Source: Protoeuglena noctilucae
Taxonomy: Eukaryota
Direction: 5' to 3'
Assembly (NCBI GenBank): GCA_958009085.1
Contig: OY253670.1
Span: 806,001-870,000 of the forward strand
Length of the DNA stretch: 64,000 nt
Shown here: piece by piece, positions 14,441-25,103 of the stretch
Position numbering within the stretch: position 1 is the first letter of the stretch
How the letters are laid out: every line of letters begins with the position of its first letter
The notes under the pieces: generated by a model
Told to the model about the DNA's origin: nothing
The model's database searches: none
What the model saw: only the letters and a program-made list of their open reading frames with translations
Program-made: the position numbers and the translations under genes

Positions 14441-16919
14441 GTCTGTGCGAGGCCGCGCGATCTTGGGGCTGGGCGTCATGGTAGCTTCTCTGCTCACCGT
14501 GTCGCCCAGGGCGCTGGTGACAAAGAACCCGAGGTGGGCACCTTGGCCGGGTGGATTTTTAGCGCCGTGGGACGCGGCAAGTCACGCGATTCCCGCGGTT
14601 CGAGCACGGGCAGAGTTATCGCACCCATCTCCTTCGCGCAGCAGCGGCGAACTTCCTCTGGACGCTGTCCACGACGAATGCATCGCAGCATCGCTGGCAG
14701 CGACCCGGGGGACGGCGCAGGAGAAGCTATGGGACGTGCTTAGCTGCGCGATCGATGCGGTGAGCATATGCTCGACGCCGGGCGCGCTGGCGGGCCGGAA
14801 GCAGCGCGCGAGGTCGCGTGCAGGGGCGAGGAACGCCGTTGGAACGACGCAGGGCCTCGGGGCGTACGCGATCGACTTCATACGGGAGGTGACGCTGGAC
14901 GAGCACATGTCGTCGGCAGATCGGGAGGAGCACGAGCTCATGGACGAAGGCGCCGCGCTCGGGTGGGCGTCCCAGGCGGCGCGGCAGGCGCTGGGGGCCC
15001 TGAGCGGCCATTTGCGCGCCGGAGGTCCGGATCTGGAGAGCGCGGGGGCTTTTTCCAGCAAATTGGACGTTCTGAGCGTGGCGGTGGGCCTTCTGAGGTG
15101 GGAGATGGCTCCGGAGGCGGCCTTTGAGGTCCCTGACCTCGCAGGCGCGGATGGCGGATGCGAAAGCAGCCGATTTCTCGCCGCCCCAGGGACGCCGTGG
15201 ACTCGCGGGTCGCGCACGCAAGCGGACACGCGGGCGCCGCCTCGCGCAGCGACCAGCAGCGGGCGCTGGAGCTGGAGGGCCTGTGCGGGAGCCTGTGGTG
15301 CGCGCGGCAGTGCATGACGGCGGTGCGGTGGGCGCTCGACAACAGCTGGCACACCCGGCCGCTGCTGCTGGCGCGCGGGTCCATCGAGCAGTGGCGGGCT
15401 GAGTCCGCAGCGCACCGCGAGGGCTCCTTCCTGTCGACCCTTCTGGCGACCCTTGGGACGGTGGCCCACGTCGACGTCGCCTACCCTCTGGCGTCGGTGG
15501 GGCTGGCTCTGGCGTTGATCTTCCTCGAGGGCGCTCATTCGAGCGAGGCGCTGGCCGCCAAGCTGTCCCTGTTTGGGTATTACCTCCTCGACTCCGCGGC
15601 GTCAGAGGATGTCGCGCACGTGGCAGCAACGCTGGTAAGGAACGACTGCTGCTCGCCGGAGCGGTGGTGGCGTTGCGAATGCGCGTCGAGTAGACGTCGC
15701 AGCTGGAGGTCTGGCGCCCATGCTTGCGCGATGTTCCTGGCGCTGCTCAGGATGCACTGATGGAGGACCTCGGGTGCCGGGACCTGGCGGGAGGCACCCT
15801 CGGGGCGATGCTGCTGCTTGACAGGGCCAGGGCGCTCCCCGCTTCGGACGCCAGGGCGGCGAGTCTCGGCGCAAAGGCCGCCGAGCTGCTCGAGTGAGTG
15901 CCTTTGCCAGCCAGCCGGGCTCTCGTCGCGATGGTGCCCGAGCGGCGGACAACGTCAAATTGTTCCTCGGCTTCTGCACGCAGCCTCTCCTGCGTGCGGG
16001 ACGCCAGCCTCGCGTCCCGTATCGCTGCGGCGTTCGCGAGCCTCGGCCTCCCCCACGAGGCCGCGTCGCTCTGCCGGCTCCGGGACGCCATTGCGCCTCT
16101 GGTGGGAGGGCCTGTTGTGGGCTCCGAGCAAGCCCTGCAGGAGGCCAGCGTGGCCCTGTCCGCGCGGCTTCGCGCCGGCCTCCTCGCCGAGGCCTTCCGG
16201 GGCCTGGTGGACTTCTGCGCCGCCCAGTCGAGCGCGGAGGCGCGCGCCGCCGCATCCGGGTCCCTCGTCGGCGACCTCGCTGCCTGGGCGCTCGAGAGCG
16301 ACGCGTTTGTGCGCGTCTTCGAGCTGCCGTGGGTTGCTGACTCTGCGGAGGAGCGGGCGCTCCTGGCGGTGCTGCGGGCGCAGGCCTCGCGGGGCGGGGC
16401 GTTGACGCTGCTGCCCTCCCTTTACCTGTCCATGCGCGGGCGGTTCGACGACATGGCGGGCGCGCCGCCCCCGCGTGTCGGCCCGCCGAGCCCGCAGCAG
16501 GGGTCGGAGCTCGCGATGGTGGTGCGGCAAGCGAGCGAGGCGCACGCTGCGACGATCGGGGCCGTGCAGCGCGTCCTGGGTGCAGGGCCCGCGCCTGCGG
16601 AACGCGGGGAGGGGGCCCGCTCGCCGCTGGCCTCCGCCATGCGTCTCGGGACGCAGGCACGAGAGGCGGGGTCAATGGCGGGCACGGGGCCGCCGCGGAG
16701 GTGAGCATGCCACGGGCTGTGCGCAGGGCAGCATGTGGCGACCCTCGTTGCTTTGTTCCAAGAGCGTCGCTGAGATTCCCATGCGCCCGCAGCGGCGCCA
16801 GCTCTCTGCTGTTCCGGAGCCGGGAGCGGGTGGAGACGGGGGCTGTGTCGTATGACCCAGACGTGAGGAGTCCGTTGCAGCCGGCGTCGCTGGTGCATGC
16901 CTTCCGCTCAGCCGCTTGA
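14441..16919 (+). CDS. HOS1: HOS1-like / ELYS-domain nuclear pore protein (5' end uncertain)
   Basis: Colinear matches to plant HOS1 as I recall it: VHDECIAASL, FIREVTLDEHMSSAD..LMDE, YPLASV...IFLEG...AKLSLFGYYLLD, ALSARLRAGLLAEAF, RVFELPW..SAEER and LLPSLYL. Confidence 0.8.
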
Positions 16920-17207
16920 ATGCGCCAGTGTTACCTGGCACTTCGTCGAAGACAGATAGAAAAGGTCCCCTCGTTGCTTCACTGCACAGCATCCACAGCC
17001 CTAGCCACGCCCTAGCCAGGGCAGTGGAAGTTGGGATTGACAGAAGAGCGTGGGCTGCTTGCTCGCATGATGGCACGCCTGAAGGGCTGAGGCACTTGGG
17101 AGGTACAGCCTGGTACGCGCCAATGACCATTCAAGCGACAAGCCCATCAGTGGAACTCGTCAGGGAAGCCCGCTATGCCCGCATCGGCATGAGAGGCGTG
17201 CTCGCTC

Positions 17208-18248
17208 TCAGCCAAAGATGGAGGTGCCAAAGCGCTGCTCGACGAGGATCATGCCCGCGAGGCCGATCATCGCGACGCGTCCGTTCCAGATCTCAGCCCC
17301 CGGCGTCAGCAGCCCCGCGGGCCGGTAGTCGGTGCCATGCACGATGGGGATGAGCGTCGCGACGCTGAAGGCGAGGACGACGGAGAAGACGAAGGCAGGC
17401 GCCGACTGGAACTGCTCCACAATCGTCTGGTGCGTCCTGACCTCGCCAATCACCGCAGCCACGAAGCCGAGCATCGCAAGCCTCCCATTGATGATCTCCG
17501 GAGCCTGCCAGACGCGGACGGGCAGGAGGCAGATGATGTGCCGGGGCTTGCGCAACGCATGCCCGCGAGCCCACCCACGCCTGGTCATCCCAAGCACGTT
17601 GGCCCCTTCACCTGCCCCGAGAAGGTCGTGGCCTCGTACCACGACGGCTGCTCCTCCTTGTCCCGCAGGTTGAAGGTCGGCTTGCCAGAGCCCACGCCAG
17701 GCCGCGGAACATCCCGCAGGCGCTCCTCGACGGCCTCGACCGCCGGGGTCTCGACCTCCCCGGGCGCGGCCCTGCGCAACAAGAGACCGTGCCGTTGCTT
17801 GGCTGCGTCCAGCGTCCGGGCCGCAGCTGGGCTCTCGAAACCCCCTCACGAGACCTCCTCGCAAGCTCACTTCGCTGGCTCGTTGATCTCATCGGGGGTT
17901 CCCTTGTATCGCGCGACAATGACGCGGGAGGGTCGGGTGGTTCGGGGGTCGCTGGAGACGCGCCGGGCCACGCCGGTCGCGGGGGCCTGCGACGACGATA
18001 GCGCAGCAGGTACAAACTAGGCAGTATGCGGAGTGAACCAACCGCGTTCGAGCAGCGTCGAGGCCAGTCGACGCATGTCCGAGATGCAACTCGAGGAATC
18101 GCTCCAACGAAAGGCTTCCGGTTCCCTCACACCTTCGGCAGCGCTCTATAACTCGCATAAACGCCATCGAGCCGCCTAGAGCCGGGCGATCGCTGGCCGC
18201 GTGAGCTGCAGCACCACCCACCTTGAAGGTGCTCGTCGTAGCGATCAT
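17208..18248 (-). CDS. ELIP: Early light-induced protein (ELIP/CBR-like, LHC superfamily), copy 1
   Basis: APEIINGRLAMLGFVAAVIGE and TPGAEIWNGRVAMIG. Exons MIATTSTFK|APATGVARR...|...FSG|APE splice in frame. Confidence 0.92.
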
Positions 18249-18612
18249 CTTGCCGTTCCGTGATGACTGTAGGGCTGTCTCTCGATCGGAGGGGCCAAAT
18301 GTGACGCTAACTGGACGGGGGGCGGGCTTTTGTGGCGCGCCACACCTGCCAGAACTCGAGTCTGTCGCAGGAATGGGCGTGACGGCAAGGTGATGGCAGA
18401 GCGAGCGCCTGATGACCAACACAGGAGATGCCGTGGCAGCTGCCCTAGGCCGGGAGGGCTGCCGATTGGGAGGTCCCTGAATGTGGCATTCGCCTTTCAT
18501 CGTTCAAGAGGGCGCCGCTAGGCCCGTCAGTGAAGCCGCTATGGCCGCGCAGCTACAAGCGGCCGAGGGAGGTCTAGGCATCTGCGCTCCTGCACATCTG
18601 CGCTCCTGCAAG

Positions 18613-19491
18613 TCAGCCGAAGATGGCGGTGCCGTAGCAGGCCTCGATGAGGATCATCAGCGCGAGGCCGAGGGCAGCGACGCGTCCGTTCCAAATCTCC
18701 GCGCCGGGCGTGAAGAACCCGAACGGCTTGTAGTCGGTGCCGCGCACGATGGGGATGAGCGTGGCGAGGCTGAAGGCAGCGACCGTCAGCAGGATGGGGA
18801 CCGGCCGGCTGCGGAACTGCTGCAGGATGTTCTCGTGCGAAGCGATCTCCGCGCCCACCGCGGCGACGAAGCCGAGCATCGCCAGACGACCGTTGATGAG
18901 CTCGGGGGCCTGCGTAGGTGCGGACGGAAGGCCCGCGCTCCCGCTCGCCGGAGTGCGCTGTGCTTGCCCGCACTCGCCCGCGCTTGTCCGCTCAGGCATC
19001 CGCCCGCGCACCGCGCACGCACCTGCCCGGCGGAAGTCATGGCCTGGAACCAGCTGGGCTTCTCGTCCGCGCTGCGCAGGTTGTAGGTTGGCTTGTTGGA
19101 CCCGACGCCCGGGCGCGACACGTCGTGGAGCTGCTGCTCGAGCGCCTCGACGGCGGGCGTCTCGCGGTGGTCGCCGGGCGTGGCCCTGCGAGCGAGCGCG
19201 CGGTGGCCAAGAGGGTTGCTCTATGGCCAAGGAGGTCACCGAGTGGCCAGGGCGGGCGCTTGGTGGCCAGTGGCCGTCGGTCAGCGGCCATCCCCCGGCG
19301 CGGCCGGCTCCGCGTCCGCCAAGGCGCGCTCGATGCCACATAGGCAGGCGCTTGACGACTCACTTGCCCTGCTGGGCCGCCATCACCACCTTGGACCGGG
19401 CCTGTGGCTGGGAGTGCATGGGCCTGGCCATGCCGAGGCCCGCGACCTGCAGGGCATCGAGCGCAACCGCCCGAATCGCATTCGAGTCCAT
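18613..19491 (-). CDS. ELIP: Early light-induced protein (ELIP/CBR-like), copy 2
   Basis: APELINGRLAMLGFVAAVGAE and FTPGAEIWNGRVAALG, preceded by a transit peptide MDSNAIRAVA... Confidence 0.92.
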
Positions 19492-19970
19492 CTTCACGCG
19501 GGGGTGCCAAATGTCGCCCTCCAAGCGCCTCGACGCCAGCCCAGCGCTTGCATGCCAGGCATGAAGCTCGAGGCCAGGGAGCGACATCGAAGGCCCGTGT
19601 GGAGTCTCGTCCGCGCTCGCGTGCATGAAATCAATCATTTAAGTCCATAGACCGGCGGACCGTCCGCCTCACGGGCGAGGCGGCGCGCAACGGCCCCGAG
19701 TGCTGGAGCATCCGACCGTCACCTTTTGAACGGTAGAGGCGAACATGATGGACGTCTTTGAGATGCTGGGTCCGTAAAGTGCGGTTTTTGTGGCGGGAGG
19801 GGCCACCCGGGGCCCTTTTGAGGCCGATTCTCAGTCAGACTCGGGTCATACCCCAGTAGGGCCGGCCAAATCACTTGGTCATGCCCCCATCTCAGCTCGG
19901 CCTGCATTCTGCATTGCTAGGGGACTGGCCCGCGAGGCAGCCGTGCCGCGCAACACACGCCGCGCTGAGC

Positions 19971-21978
19971 ATGGCAGCGGCCGCAGCGACGGCGAGCACT
20001 CTGGGCGACGACCTCTTCGGCCTCTTCAAGTCATGGTTTGTAGTGAAGCAGCAGGGTCACCGTAAGGCGGTCGACGACGACAGCGAGCGCGCACGGCCCC
20101 CTCTGAAGGAGTCGCGCCGGGAGAAAGAGAAGAAAGCGCCGACACGCGCCGTTCCGGCGGTCGCGTCGGAGCTTCTCGCAGAGATGACCGACGCGGAGTG
20201 GGAGCAGGCCCAGACGATGAGCATGCTCGCGCTCAGGTGCCGCGCACTGCCACCGGATGCGCGGGACCCCCCGGCGACGCGTTTCCCGCCGAGACCTCCC
20301 TTCGAACCGCTTGAGCCGATCACGAGCACAACCGCTCTCGATGCCGCTGGCGCCGACGCGCCCCCGCCGCGGGGGATTCGAGTTTTTCGGCCGTCACGTC
20401 GCAGGGCAAAGGACCGCGCGTATCAGGAGCTCATGCGCCGGGCCGAGGGGGCGGAGCGCGAGCTTGAGCAGCTCCGCTTTCAATTGACGCGCGCGAGCCG
20501 CTCCACGGGGAGGGACGCTACGGCTTCCCCAGAAGGACTCGTCGAGCCCCGGCCACCCGGCTCTCGGGCTGGTGCGCGGCGCGCCTGCGCTGCGGTCGCG
20601 CGCCGGTCGCACGCGCTTTACCTCAAACGACTACGCTTTCCTCCCCCCGCTCCCCCAGTGGATGGGCTCGCGCACGGCGACACCGCAGAAGGCGGACGCC
20701 CGCGTGAGGGCGGGGCACCGGCCGGCGCAGTCGGCGGACTTGCGGGTGCTTCGGGAGGTGGAGAACGGGGGAGCGCGGAAAGCGGCGGCTGGCGAGGCGT
20801 CCCATGCGGCTCCAGGCGCGGAGGGGAAGACTGCCCCGCAAGATGTCGATGACCGGCACGCCTTGGCTCATCGCGGAGAGTTCGACGAGGACGTGGAGGG
20901 GGACCTGGTCGCGTCGCAGCTGGAGGCGCTGCTGCGGGAAAAGGCTCAGATGGCGTACGAGTGCACGCGCTTGTCGATGGAGAATGCCGCGCTGGTGGGT
21001 GCCACTGCCAACCACGTGTCGCGCAGCTCGCTGTCCCCGACGCGAGTGGCATACTCCGCGCTGCGCTGCTCGCAGATTCAGGAGCGGGAGATCTTGGAGC
21101 AGCAGCGCACGGGTGGGAAGACGGAGATCGCCGTGATGTATGAGGCGCTGATGGTTCGCGAGACGGAGCGGCGACTGTCCTTGGAGATGAAACTCGAGTC
21201 GACGATGAAGGAGCTGCACCTCTGCCGGGACCCCCTGGCGGACGTCCTCGGCATTTTGGGGCTGCCCAACGCGGTCATGCGGAGGTGAGGCGCGTGGCAG
21301 GGATGGGGAAGCGGCATGCGGGGTAGTGAGCAGGGCAAAGGTCGCGTGAGGGCGTTTGTGGCGAGTGTCTGCGGCTTGGGCGACGCCCACGGACGCCCAC
21401 TGCTCTCACCGCCCCTGCACCCCAGGCACGGCACGGGCGTCGGGAGCGTCGCGGAGTCTTCCCTGGCCACCAGCGCCGACTCGTCGGTCGAAGTGAGCGC
21501 CTCCGCGCTTCCCGCCAGCACGCTGGACACCCTCTTATCACGCCTGCGCAAGTACGAGGTCCAGGTGGGGTGCCGGATGCGAGCGGGTCCAGGTTGCACC
21601 AAGGGACCTTGGGGCTCGACGCTCGGTGCGGCGCACGTCTCCGCGCAGGGGCCGTTCAAGAGTGCAACTGTCCGCCGCCGTGCTTCGCAGTCGCGCGTCC
21701 AGCAGATGCTGAGTTTAAGGGAACGGGCGTCTGCGGCCAGCACGCCCCCAGAGACCCCGCGGTGTGGCAGCCGGGCCGGCAGCGAGCCGCGGCGCAGCGG
21801 CTCCGAGACGGGGAGTCCGGATCTGGAAACGGCGCAGGCGCGGCTGCGTGCGCCCCTGCCGCCCTCGCCATTGGCCCCGAGGCCGGCGCGCAGGGCGCTG
21901 GGGGGTTCGTTGGATGGGGCGCCGCCCCGCTCTGACGGGAAGGCTGGGAGCGAGAGAGAGCTGCCCGGCGCCGGATGA
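19971..21978 (+). CDS. Coiled-coil protein of unknown function (spliced)
   Basis: Heptad-rich segments AYQELMRRAEGAERELEQLRFQL, LVASQLEALLREKAQMAYECTRLSMENAAL and RETERRLSLEMKLESTMKEL. GT-AG sites are present but the exon model is approximate. Confidence 0.55.
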
Positions 21979-22146
21979 CGCCCGTGATTTCTTCAGATGT
22001 CTGCACAGTGCCACAGAGCCACGCAACAGTTGCTGGCATGCTCTTCTGCCATCCCTCTCGCTCGCTTGTGGCGGCCACGTCGGTCCAATAGGCGACCTTG
22101 CCGATCGTTCGTTTCGATATTGCTTCACCGTGTGCGCGTTCAATGG

Positions 22147-23345
22147 TCACCGGTTGCTGCGGAGAGCCCGGCGCAGCTGCTTGAGCCGCTTCGTGCCCTC
22201 GATTTGGTCCGGGAGCGCGTCTCCCCCGCCCGATGGCTGTCGGTGGTCCTTGGCCCCCTCCGCCAGCACGACGGCGTCGTCCGGAGCTTGGGCCTTGAGC
22301 GTTGCAACCACCCTGGCGTCTCGCGCGGATAGCATCGCCTGGTGCAAGGGTCAGGGTGGGCTGGGATTGCACGGGTGCTCTGGACAAGAGCTAAGGGACG
22401 GACGCAGCTGCAAGGGCCAGTTCCCTCTTACCTGCCCCGCATCCAGCACGTGTCCTCCCAGCCTCGCGTCGATGGCGAGGGCGTAAGCGGGGCACTCGCC
22501 CCCAGCGTGGAAGCACCGGGCTTGAAGAAGGACGGCGTTGGCACCCAGACCTGCACTGAGAGCCTGAGGGTCCACGAGGTGCCCGCACGGCAGCTCAAAG
22601 GTCACCACGACCGCGTCTTTCGCCTCGGACCAGCGATACGCCTCCTGCAACACAGAGGAAGCCCGCCAGGGCTGGCGACAGGGCTGGCGACAGTACAGGG
22701 CTGGCAACAGCACACGTCGCATAAGCTACGCACAGGGAGCGTGGCATGCTGCAGCAGCGGCGACAGCGGGCCGCACCACGCGCGCTGTGGGGCGGGACAG
22801 CTGTATGTCGCTGGCGTGGGTCTCAAGCGGGGTCCCAGGCTCAGCGGCGATCCTCTGAGGAGCAGGGCGACCCTCCAGCCGCGCTCTCGCGATCGAGTCG
22901 CGATCCGGCCGCACGAGATCCGCCCGGGCTAGCTCCACGGCCCCCTGCGTCATGTGGTCCCCCACGAAGTTGCTGGTAGGCCCAATCTCCACGCGCTCGT
23001 ACCCCGGCTCGTCTCTCTCCTGGGCGTAGGGGACCACAGGCCCCGCCCGCTTCGGACCTCCGGGAAGCTGAACGTCCTCCGCCTGCGGCACGGCGCGGAA
23101 TGACGCGGATAGGTCGTTGCGGGGCACAATCGCTTCGGTGAGTTGTCGCATGCTGCCGTGCGCCCCGGCCCTTTGCTGGCCTTGTGATAAGGACCACCGT
23201 GCGCATCTTTCGTCCATATCGTCCTCCACGTGTGCTTCTCCTTCTCCGCGCGCAGCTGCTCCAGTTTCTCGCGACGAACGGTGGCGAGGTCCTTTGCGTC
23301 CGTCACCGGCCCAGCGGCCACGAGGTCCGTTGACGACCCCGCCAT
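22147..23345 (-). CDS. Unknown protein with a probable CS/p23-like domain
   Basis: Starts MAGSSTDLVAAG. The internal exon YRWSEAKDAVVVTFELP resembles the first strands of a CS domain. Exon model approximate. Confidence 0.45.
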
Positions 23346-23602
23346 GGATACTAGAGCCCAGTTCGGTTAGCTGAAAAGCCTTGCAGCGGCAGAGGACCAG
23401 TGCAACGGAGCGGGCGCCCCTGCGTCTCTTCGCGTTCCTCGAGGGCTGCCCGCGCAAGCGCACGCCTGCCTCTGATCACGATTCTAGCCACGCAAAGAAC
23501 GACTGCCGTACATCATCCGGATGAGTTCAAAAGCGGTAGAGGAGGAGACGGACGTGGAAAAGAACCGTGTGTCAGGGGCGGGGTGCTTGCAAGCCTCTAA
23601 GC

Positions 23603-24138
23603 CTAGCCCGCCTTCCCGTCCCCGCCGCCTCCCCCCTTGTCTTGGGAATCACCGCCACCCTCCGCGTTCTCCCCCTCGCCCACCCGCGGATCGGGCGTCT
23701 GGATGCCCTCCTCCATGTCGATCCGCTCCATCGCACGGAAGACCTTGCTTTGCAGGTAGAAGGAGCCCGCGTCCTGGTTCACCTTCCACATGTGCCGGTA
23801 CTTCTTCAGCACCTCCTCGCGGCTGGCCCCCGGCTGCGTCCCGAGGATCTTGTGAGCCTCCTCAATCGTCAGCCCCCCGGTCCGCGCCGCGCTCTTCAGC
23901 GTCTCGGCGTTGATGCCGCTCCTCTTCGCGTTGACCAGGGCCTGCTGGTAGGCGCTGACGCCAGCTCGCATCAACACCTGCACGGAGGCGGCAGGGGTGG
24001 GCTTCCGGCCACAGCACCGTCTGCCATTGGCCAGAGTTGCTAGACTCGCCTCCGCGCCACAGCGGCCCGTCCGGACGTCGGGGCGTTGCTCACCTGCACG
24101 ACCCCGACGACGAGCCCCGCAATGATCTTGCCCGCCAT
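23603..24138 (-). CDS. PAM16: Mitochondrial import motor J-like subunit Pam16/Tim16 (2 exons)
   Basis: MAGKIIAGLVVGVVQ|VLMRAGVSAYQQA, LTIEEAHKILG and N..AGSFYLQSKVFRAMERI. Confidence 0.93.
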
Positions 24139-24206
24139 CTCGACCCCACGCCCCAAGCCCTGAGCGGTTCCTCCCGTCGATACACGGCCAAGAAGCGACG
24201 CACGGG

Positions 24207-24778
24207 TTAGAAGCGCCCTTCAAACAGATTCCTGACCTTGACAGAGAGGTTCGTGCTGGGGACGGGCAGCAGTGCGAGGAGTGAGCGTGCCGCGAGTTGC
24301 GAGCCGCAGCCTCCCCGCCGCTCGGAAGCTCAAGCGCGCCGAGCGCTTCGCTCACCTCTTCTTCGCCACTCGCTGCGTGCTCTTGCGCATGCACTCGGTC
24401 AACGCCTTCAGCGTCGCGTCGCACGGGTGGGTCTCCTTCGCATTCACCGAGACCTTCCCCGCGCTCGACGTGATGCAGTTCACGTACTGCGTGAGCTCGA
24501 CAGCGCAAGCGGCTACGCGACGCTTCGAGTTCGGCAAGATGCCCTGCTTCAGATCGAGCCACCTGCGGGCCAGGGTCGCCGCCCGTGCGTCAGCAGCCTC
24601 CCACCCCTGCAGCGCGCGTCGGATGCGACGGGCAGGCGCCATGCCAGGCTGCCGAGAAAAGCAACCTCCGGAAGCAGCCGCGGCTAGCGACGGGCTCGCC
24701 GCCACATCCATGCCGAGCTGTGGCGCACTCCCCCACCACGACCAGCCCTGCCAGCGTGGCGGCTCACTTGCGGCCCAT
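24207..24778 (-). CDS. Small twin-CX9C mitochondrial protein, probably mitoribosomal mS37 (Mrp10/CHCHD1-like); 3 exons, about 88 aa
   Basis: ATG GGC CGC AA|gt..ag|G gives MGRKWLDLKQGILPNSKRR. CAVELTQYVNC and CDATLKALTEC are two CX9C motifs. The last exon reads KKSTNLSVKVRNLFEGRF*. Confidence 0.7.
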
Positions 24779-25103
24779 TTGGGGCTTTCAGGAGCCCCTC
24801 GATGACGCGACCTTAGGCGCGTCGCCAGCACTGCAGCGCTAGCTAGCTGGCTAAGTGCGTTCCTGCTCGTGGCCGCAGCCCTGCCACGCCCGGCACCGTC
24901 ACCCGAATCTGACCGCCGCCGCAAGAGTAGCCTGCTCAGTCACACCGAGACCGTGACGAACCAGAATTCTGGCCGGAACGACTGGCGAGGGCAGGCCCTC
25001 AACTACTCCGTCATCCTCTGCCATGCCTCGCCTGTGCGTCGCGTGAGTGCGGCAGAAAGAGCTGTCGTTGCTTGCGGCCGGGCGCGCCCCATCAACGGCC
25101 GTG

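Noticed and set aside
22669..22710. Short direct repeats of GGGCTGGCGACA
   Set aside because: Only two or three adjacent copies without spacers, probably intronic slippage. This is not a CRISPR array or element end.
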